From positions 7,669 to 71,668 of the forward strand of contig DATLIE010000368.1 in the NCBI GenBank assembly GCA_035539635.1: a stretch of DNA of 64,000 nucleotides, in the 5' to 3' direction. This DNA comes from Burkholderiaceae bacterium. GTDB lineage: Bacteria > Pseudomonadota > Gammaproteobacteria > Burkholderiales > Burkholderiaceae_C. Below, one piece after another: positions 56,852 to 64,000 of this stretch. How positions within the stretch are numbered: position 1 is the stretch's first letter; each line of letters starts with the position of its first letter. The position numbers and the translations under genes were made by a program. The notes beneath the pieces are model-generated. The model made no database searches. It was not told where the DNA came from and saw only the letters and a list, made by a program, of their open reading frames with translations.

Positions 56852-57322
56852 ATGAACCGACTCGCCGCCATCCTGCCCGCCACCAACGTGCTGACCGCCG
56901 TGGACGCCACGAGCAAGAAGCGGGCGTTCGAGCACGCCGGCGTGCTGTTCGAGAACCAGCATGCGATCGCGCGTGCCACGGTCTCCGACAACCTGTTTGC
57001 GCGCGAGCGGCTCGGCTCCACCGGACTCGGCCACGGTGTCGCGATTCCGCATGGCCGCATCAAGGGCCTGAAGAACCCGCTGGCCGCCGTCCTGCGGGCA
57101 CAGCAGCCGATCGCCTTCGACGCGCCGGACGACGAGCCTGTGTCGCTGCTGATCTTCCTGCTCGTGCCCGAGGCGGCGACGCAGCGGCACCTCGAGATCC
57201 TGTCGGAGATCGCGGAGATGCTGTCCGACCGTGAGTTGCGCGAGCGCCTGAAGGCCGCGCCGGACGCGCCCGCGCTGCACAAGCTGATCGCCGATTGGGA
57301 ACCGCTGAAGTCGGTGGCGTGA
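56852..57322 (+). CDS. ptsN: PTS IIA-like nitrogen regulatory protein PtsN
   Basis: MNRLAAILP..., [20 protein letters not shown] (phosphorylatable His). GGAAGGA lies upstream of this second ATG; the track ORF starts at 56828. Confidence 0.85.
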   Translation: MNRLAAILPATNVLTAVDATSKKRAFEHAGVLFENQHAIARATVSDNLFARERLGSTGLGHGVAIPHGRIKGLKNPLAAVLRAQQPIAFDAPDDEPVSLLIFLLVPEAATQRHLEILSEIAEMLSDRELRERLKAAPDAPALHKLIADWEPLKSVA

Positions 57323-57347
57323 GCCACCAGCCCAGCCCGGCCCGCGC

Positions 57348-58304
57348 ATGAAACCCACCTCGATCAGCGCCGAGGCGCTGTTCGAAGCGCACCGCGACGC
57401 GTTGCACTGGGAGTGGGTGGCCGGCCACGCCCACCCCGAGCGTCGCTTCGACGACGCCGCGATCCGCGACGCCCGCTCGGCGGCCGACCTGATCGGCTAC
57501 CTCAACTACATCCACCCCTACCGGGTGCAGATCGTCGGCCGGCGCGAGGTGGCCTACCTGAGCCAGCCCGCGCCCGAGGTGATCGACAGCCGCATCGCGC
57601 GCATCGTCACGCTCGAGCCGCCGCTGATCATCGTCGCCGACGAGCAGGCCCCACCCGACCGCCTGGTCGCGATGTGCGATCGCGCCGAGATCCCGCTGTT
57701 CGTGACCGCGGAGTCGGCTGGCCACGTGATCGACGTGCTGCGCGCCTACCTGGGCCAGCGCTTTGCCGAGCGGACCACGCGCCATGGCGTCTTCATGGAC
57801 ATCCTCGGCCTGGGCGTGCTGCTGACGGGCGAGTCGGGCCTGGGCAAGAGCGAACTCGGGCTGGAACTCATCTCGCGCGGCCATGGCCTAGTGGCCGACG
57901 ATGCGGTAGACATCTACCGCACCTCGCAGACGGCACTCGAAGGCCGCTGCCCGCCGCTGCTGGCGAACCTGCTCGAGGTGCGCGGCATCGGCCTGCTGGA
58001 CATCAAGGCCATCTTCGGCGAGACCGCGGTGCGGCGGAAGATGCGCGTGCAGCTGCTGGTGCACCTGGTGCGCAAAGAGACGATGGAGCGCGAGTTCGAG
58101 CGGCTGCCCTATGAGCCGCTGAGCGAGGACATCCTGGGCGTGCAGGTGCGCAAGGTGGTCATCGCGGTGGACGCGGGACGCAACCTGGCGGTGCTGGTCG
58201 AGGCCGCGGTGCGCAACAGCATCCTGCAGCTGCGCGGCATCGACACCTACGGCGAGTTCGTGCGCCGCCACCAGCAGGCGATGGAAGGGCCAGCGGACAG
58301 CTGA
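57348..58304 (+). CDS. hprK: HPr kinase/phosphorylase
   Basis: [25 protein letters not shown] and [11 protein letters not shown]. Confidence 0.9.
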   Translation: MKPTSISAEALFEAHRDALHWEWVAGHAHPERRFDDAAIRDARSAADLIGYLNYIHPYRVQIVGRREVAYLSQPAPEVIDSRIARIVTLEPPLIIVADEQAPPDRLVAMCDRAEIPLFVTAESAGHVIDVLRAYLGQRFAERTTRHGVFMDILGLGVLLTGESGLGKSELGLELISRGHGLVADDAVDIYRTSQTALEGRCPPLLANLLEVRGIGLLDIKAIFGETAVRRKMRVQLLVHLVRKETMEREFERLPYEPLSEDILGVQVRKVVIAVDAGRNLAVLVEAAVRNSILQLRGIDTYGEFVRRHQQAMEGPADS

Positions 58305-58322
58305 GCCGCCCCGCTGTGGCCG

Positions 58323-58751
58323 TCACTTCGGCCGGTGCGGGCAGTCCGGCTTGGTGCAGACGGCGTACAGCGACAGCGCGTGCTCCTGCAGCGCAAAGCC
58401 GCGCTGCTCGGACACCAGGCGCTGGCGCGCCTCGATCTCGGCGTCGTAGAACTCCTCGACGCGGCCGCAGGTCAGGCACAGCAGGTGGTCGTGGTGCTTG
58501 CCCTCGTTGAGCTCGAACACCGACTTGCCGCTCTCGAAGTGGCTGCGCGACAGCAGGCCGGCCTGCTCGAACTGCATCAGCACCCGGTACACGGTGGCCA
58601 GGCCGATGTCCGCGTCCTCCGCCAGCAGCAGCTTGTAGACGTCCTCGGCCGTCATGTGGCGCTGCTGCGAGCGCTGGAAGACTTCGAGAATCTTCAGGCG
58701 CGGCAGGGTGGCCTTCAGGCCGCTGCTCTTGAGGTCGTCGGCGCGGGTCAT
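58323..58751 (-). CDS. fur: Ferric uptake regulator
   Basis: GLKATLPRLKILEVF, HHDHLLCLTCGRVEEF, and a C-terminal Cys pair. 142 aa. Confidence 0.9.
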   Translation of the reverse strand: MTRADDLKSSGLKATLPRLKILEVFQRSQQRHMTAEDVYKLLLAEDADIGLATVYRVLMQFEQAGLLSRSHFESGKSVFELNEGKHHDHLLCLTCGRVEEFYDAEIEARQRLVSEQRGFALQEHALSLYAVCTKPDCPHRPK

Positions 58752-58780
58752 GGCGGTCGTTAAAATCGTCCGCATCATAG

Positions 58781-60097
<1,317 letters not shown>

Positions 60098-60105
60098 GCG
60101 CCGTC

Positions 60106-60767
<662 letters not shown>

Positions 60768-60768
<1 letters not shown>

Positions 60769-61187
60769 TGGCCTTCGGCCGCCTCGAACGCAGCGCCGGC
60801 CCGGCGCCGATGAGCGACATCAACATGACGCCGCTGATCGACGTGATGCTGGTGCTGCTCGTCATCTTCATCATCACTGCACCGCTGATGACCTCGAGCC
60901 TGAAGCTCGACCTGCCGAAGACCGACGCCGCGACGCCGAGCGCCGCACCGAGCTTCATCGCGGTGTCGATCGACGGCAGCGGCAAGCTCTTCTTCGGCGA
61001 CGAGGCGCTGTCGCGCGAGCAGCTGGCGCAGCGCGTCATCACCGCCGCCAAGGCCAACCCGCAGCTCGAGGTGCAGCTGCGCGCCGACCAGAAGGTGCCT
61101 TACGGCCAGGTGGCCGACCTGATCGCTCTGGTGCAGCAGGCGGGGCTGACACGCATCGGCTTCGTCACCGAAGCGCCGCAGAAGTAG
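60768..61187 (+). CDS. exbD: ExbD/TolR biopolymer transport protein
   Basis: INMTPLIDVMLVLLVIFIIT. 139 aa. Overlaps the exbB stop. Confidence 0.85.
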
Positions 61188-61207
61188 CGCACTTCTAGAA
61201 TCGGCGG

Positions 61208-63808
61208 ATGAACGAGAAATACGTCCCCGCCGAAGTCGAAGCCGCTGCCCAGGCGGCCTGGCAGGCCAGCGACGCCTACCGCGTCACCGAAGACAAGGGC
61301 AAGCCCAAGTACTACGCCTGCTCGATGCTGCCCTACCCGAGCGGCAAGCTGCACATGGGCCATGTGCGCAACTACACCATCAACGACATGCTCGCGCGCT
61401 ACAAGCGCATGCAGGGCTTCAACGTGCTGATGCCGATGGGCTGGGACGCCTTCGGCCTGCCGGCCGAGAACGCGGCGATGAAGAGCAAGGTCGCGCCCGC
61501 GGCCTGGACCTACGAGAACATCCGCTCGATGAAGGCGCAGTGCCAGGCCCTAGGCCTGGCAATCGACTGGTCGCGCGAACTCGCCACCTGCTCGCCCGAG
61601 TACTACAAGTGGAACCAGTGGTTCTTCCTGAAGTGCCTGGAGCAGGGCATCGCCTACCGCAAGACGCAGGTCGTCAACTGGGACCCGGTGGACCAGACCG
61701 TGCTCGCCAACGAGCAGGTGATCGACGGCCACGGCTGGCGCTCCGGCGCGCCGGTCGAAAAGCGCGAGATTCCCGGCTACTACTTCAACATCACGAAGTA
61801 CGCCGAGGAGCTGCTCGATTGCACGCTGCACAAGCTGCCGGGCTGGAGCGAGCGCCTGCGCCTGATCCAGGAGAACTGGATCGGCAAGAGCACGGGCGTC
61901 AACTTCGGCTTCCCGTACCGCATCGACGGCGAGGACAGGCTGCTGCGCGTGTACACCACGCGCGCCGACACGATCATGGGCGTGAGCTTCGTGGCCATCG
62001 CCGCCGAGCACCCGCTCGCCACACGCCTCGCACAAGACCAGCCCGCACTGAAGCCCTTCATCGACAAGTGCAAGCAGGGCTCGGTGATGGAAGCCGACAT
62101 GGCGACGATGGACAAGGAGGGCGTGCCCACCGGCTTTCACGTCACGCACCCGCTGACCGGCACCCAGGTCGAGGTCTGGATCGGCAACTACGTGCTGATG
62201 GCCTACGGCGAGGGCGCGGTGATGGGCGTGCCGGCGCACGACGAGCGCGACTTCGCCTTCGCGAAGAAGTACGGCTTGCCGATCCCGCAGGTGATCGCCG
62301 TGCCCGGCAAGCCCTTCTCCACCGATGCATGGCAGGAGTGGTACGCCGACAAGCAGGCCGGCAGGTGCGTCAACTCCGGCAAGTACGACGGCCTGGCGCA
62401 CGAGGCTGCCGTGAACGCGATCGCCGCCGACCTGAAGGCCAAGGGTCTGGGCGACACGCAGGTGCAGTTCCGCCTGCGCGACTGGGGCATCAGCCGACAG
62501 CGCTACTGGGGCACGCCGATCCCGATCATCCATTGCGACGCCTGCGGCGTGGTGCCGGTGCCCGAGCGCGACCTGCCGGTGGTGCTGCCCGAGGACCTGA
62601 TCCCCGACGGCAGCGGCAACCCGCTGAACAAGTGCGCCTCGTTCCTGAACGTCGCCTGCCCGACCTGCGGCAAGCCGGCGCGGCGCGAGACCGACACGAT
62701 GGACACCTTCGTCGACAGCGCCTGGTACTACATGCGCTACTGCACGCCCGGTGCGCCGACGATGGTGGACGCGCGCAACGACCACTGGATGCCGATGGAC
62801 GTGTACATCGGCGGCATCGAGCATGCCGTGCTGCACCTGCTCTACGCGCGCTTCTGGACCAAGGTGATGCGCGACATGGGCCTGCTGCACTACGACGAAC
62901 CGTTCGTGCGCATGGTCAACCACGGCATGCTGCTCAACCACATCTACTTCACGCGCAATGCCAAGGGCGGCAAGGACTACGTGCCGCCGCTGGAAGTGAA
63001 GCCCACGCTCGACGCACAAGGCCACATCGTCGGCGGCACCGCCGCGGACGGCTCGGCGGTCGAGTACGGCGGCGTCGGCAAGATGGGCAAGACCGAGCGC
63101 AACGGCGTCGACCCGCAGGAGCTGATCGACAAGTACGGCGCCGACACCGCGCGCCTGTTCGTGATGTTCGTCGGCGGCCCCGAGGACGCCTCGGTCTGGT
63201 CCGACACCGGCGTCGAGGGCTCGTCGCGCTTCCTGCGCCGCGTCTGGCAGTTCGCCGCGCGCCATGCCGCGACGCTGCGCGCAGCGGGCGATGGCCCGGC
63301 CGCGCTGCGCGACGAAGCCAAGGCACTGCGGCGCGAGGTCCACACGGTGCTCAAGCAGGTCGCCTACGACTACGAGCGCATGCAGTACAACACCGTGGTC
63401 TCGGGCGCGATGAAGCTGCTCAACGCGCTCGAAGGCTTTGCGCCCGACGGGACGGCCGCCGACGCCGCCGTGCTGCGCGAGGGCCTGTCGGTGCTGCTGC
63501 GCGTGCTGTACCCGGCCTGCCCGCACATCACGCAGGTGCTGTGGCAGCAGCTGGGGTTCGCCGGCAACCTGCTCGACGCGCCGATGCCCGCAGCCGACGA
63601 GTCGGCGCTGGTGCGCGACGAGATCGAACTGGTGTTGCAGGTGTCGGGCAAGACGCGCGGCGTGATCCGCGTGCCGGCCAGCGCCGACAGGGCAGTGATC
63701 GAGGCTGCCGCGACAGGCGCGCCCGAAGTGGCGAAGTTCGGCGAGGGCAAGGCCGTGCGCAAGGTCATCGTCGTACCCGGGCGCCTGGTCAACGTGGTCG
63801 TGGCCTGA
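61208..63808 (+). CDS. leuS: Leucyl-tRNA synthetase
   Basis: [14 protein letters not shown] (HIGH), [10 protein letters not shown] (KMSK-like). 866 aa. Confidence 0.97.
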   Translation: MNEKYVPAEVEAAAQAAWQASDAYRVTEDKGKPKYYACSMLPYPSGKLHMGHVRNYTINDMLARYKRMQGFNVLMPMGWDAFGLPAENAAMKSKVAPAAWTYENIRSMKAQCQALGLAIDWSRELATCSPEYYKWNQWFFLKCLEQGIAYRKTQVVNWDPVDQTVLANEQVIDGHGWRSGAPVEKREIPGYYFNITKYAEELLDCTLHKLPGWSERLRLIQENWIGKSTGVNFGFPYRIDGEDRLLRVYTTRADTIMGVSFVAIAAEHPLATRLAQDQPALKPFIDKCKQGSVMEADMATMDKEGVPTGFHVTHPLTGTQVEVWIGNYVLMAYGEGAVMGVPAHDERDFAFAKKYGLPIPQVIAVPGKPFSTDAWQEWYADKQAGRCVNSGKYDGLAHEAAVNAIAADLKAKGLGDTQVQFRLRDWGISRQRYWGTPIPIIHCDACGVVPVPERDLPVVLPEDLIPDGSGNPLNKCASFLNVACPTCGKPARRETDTMDTFVDSAWYYMRYCTPGAPTMVDARNDHWMPMDVYIGGIEHAVLHLLYARFWTKVMRDMGLLHYDEPFVRMVNHGMLLNHIYFTRNAKGGKDYVPPLEVKPTLDAQGHIVGGTAADGSAVEYGGVGKMGKTERNGVDPQELIDKYGADTARLFVMFVGGPEDASVWSDTGVEGSSRFLRRVWQFAARHAATLRAAGDGPAALRDEAKALRREVHTVLKQVAYDYERMQYNTVVSGAMKLLNALEGFAPDGTAADAAVLREGLSVLLRVLYPACPHITQVLWQQLGFAGNLLDAPMPAADESALVRDEIELVLQVSGKTRGVIRVPASADRAVIEAAATGAPEVAKFGEGKAVRKVIVVPGRLVNVVVA

Positions 63809-64000
63809 TGCCGAGCCGGCGCACCGTCGTCCTTACTGCGGGCCTCGCCGGCATCGCGCTGGCCGGCTGCGGCTTCGAGCTGCGCCGCACGCCGGCGCTG
63901 CCCTTCCGCTCGATGGCCCTGGTCGGCTTCGCCGATGGCTCGCCGCTGGCCGCCACGCTGCGGCGCGAGCTGACCCGCGCCGGTGTCGAGCTGCAGGCCA
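63808..64000 (+). CDS. lptE: LPS assembly lipoprotein LptE, partial (runs off the right edge)
   Basis: Own translation: [27 protein letters not shown]... (lipobox plus the GFxLR motif). Directly after leuS with a TGATG overlap. Confidence 0.7.
   Translation, partial: MPSRRTVVLTAGLAGIALAGCGFELRRTPALPFRSMALVGFADGSPLAATLRRELTRAGVELQA

Noticed and set aside
61550-63526. 658-aa minus-strand ORF
   Set aside because: It lies antisense to leuS.

Overview
High-GC (about 70% by eye, not computed) chromosomal segment. Gene order suggests a Burkholderiales/Comamonadaceae-like betaproteobacterium, inferred from synteny and composition only. All calls rest on reading the supplied ORF translations plus my own translations of stretches missing from the track; no database search was possible. 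Start codons are inferred from N-terminal motifs, Shine-Dalgarno-like sequences and start/stop overlaps, and may be off.

Layout:
- 1-11095, minus strand: one long, tightly coupled [NiFe]-hydrogenase maturation operon. Gene order is TPR-like, two small membrane proteins, NifU-Rieske fusion, NHL propeller, hypF, hypC, SIS protein, hypD, hypE, hypA, hypB, Ni transporter.
- 11199-14600: a decay zone. It holds a frameshifted and stop-interrupted hydrogenase large-subunit gene, a cytochrome b tail, a histidine-kinase tail and a DUF3422 tail. It also holds one apparently intact orphan gene whose C-terminus carries a HiPIP-like four-Cys signature.
- 14604-45339: ordinary core genes. These are ompW, cydAB (CIO-type), fba, a HAD gene, pgk, azlCD, fmt/def, a LysM gene, dprA, smg, a DUF1631 gene, secDF, yajC, a ubiH-like gene, a C-N hydrolase, a yhdP-like gene, glnE, a rhomboid gene, an EamA gene and a GST gene.
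- 45347-54435: a CarH/LitR-type B12 photoreceptor gene followed by a diiron protein. It is divergent from an eight-gene, translationally coupled lipid-modification operon that resembles furan-fatty-acid biosynthesis. Between them lie an AT-rich operator island and a leader that ends in an intrinsic terminator.
- 54517-64000: core genes. These are corA, hpf, ptsN, hprK, fur, bamE, dapB, exbBD, leuS and lptE.

No rRNA, tRNA, CRISPR array, transposase or integrase was recognised.

The best candidates for something new are:
- the intact maturation operon with unusual accessory genes sitting beside a dead hydrogenase;
- the HiPIP-tailed orphan protein;
- the photoreceptor-controlled lipid operon with its terminator-containing leader.
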